A stretch of DNA of 63,243 nt, the filler included, from Craspedostauros australis (lineage: Eukaryota): the NCBI GenBank assembly GCA_030167865.1. It is 9 parts of 9 records of this genome, joined end to end, with 100 filler letters (N's around TTAATTAATTAA, not from the genome) between each part and the next. Parts side by side here need not be neighbours in the genome. Positions count along the whole stretch, not along the records: positions 60,672 to 63,243 come from JALAGF010004117.1; 8 more parts are not named here. One strand, 5' to 3'. Shown one piece after another: positions 62,714 to 63,243 of this stretch. The notes beneath the pieces were generated by a model that saw only the letters and a list, made by a program, of their open reading frames with translations, ran no database searches and was not told the origin of the DNA. The first letter of the stretch is position 1; every line of letters begins with the position of its first letter. The translations under genes were made by a program, and so were the position numbers.

Positions 62714-63243
62714 TGTGTTGGCAAGGATCTCTTCAGTCGATCTGAAGTTCTCGCATAGGATGGTGCTCACCATGTTCACCCATACATGCAGCAATGGTCC
62801 GTTCACGATCCCTGGGAACATTGGCAATCCAGCAGTCAACACTGCGTCATGGATGAGTTGCCATTGCATTCTCTCTGCAGTGACTGTTGGGTATGGGAAC
62901 ATGTTGCGTCAGTAGATGTCGTCGACTCTTCTGGGATTCGGCTCTGGTGGGAATTGGATTCTGATTGGGTAGATGACTCGTTCATTTGGATTGAAGCTGT
63001 CATCTGGATGATCTTCTGGCTCGTCGTCGCTATCTTCGTCGAAGATGCCCATTCTGTTGTTCCCCGCTGCTGGAGGAGGCGGCGCCTCGCCGCCATTTGT
63101 ATCGTCTCCGGAGACGTCGCTGTTGCCTTGATCCACGCCGTTCTCGTTGGCCTCGGCATCATCTGCATTCATGGCCGCTTCGATCTCGATATCGATGTCC
63201 TCCGTTCCCATCTCAGCTCCGTCGCCGTATGGACCGATCAGGT

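Overview
Eukaryotic, intron-containing DNA, most likely from a diatom. This is inferred from the helicase-associated (HA) domain paralogs, a PebB-like bilin reductase, a CHASE-like sensor, CoDi-type copia elements and an APE-RT-RNaseH LINE. The window is a scaffold of nine contigs joined by 100-nt N linkers containing TTAATTAATTAA. The first ~38 kb is gene-rich: three HA-domain genes, a rhamnosyltransferase-like gene, a tesmin/CXC gene with a C-terminal F-box, a PebB-like reductase, a fucosyltransferase-like gene, an ABCG half-transporter, TTC27/EMW1, a 4,032-bp tandem unit carrying a two-TM sensor with no catalytic domain, and a vWA protein. The last ~25 kb is a nested retroelement zone with three LTR families, a decayed LINE, a copia pol and an SRR1-like pseudogene; two contigs there look like alternative haplotypes of one locus. 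Embedded in this zone is the most striking gene: an ankyrin/coiled-coil/BTB-BACK protein. Its 11 near-identical 34-aa ankyrin repeats vary mainly at DARPin-type binding-surface positions, and one in-frame stop separates the BTB domain from the rest. All family assignments come from motif recognition by eye; no searches were run.
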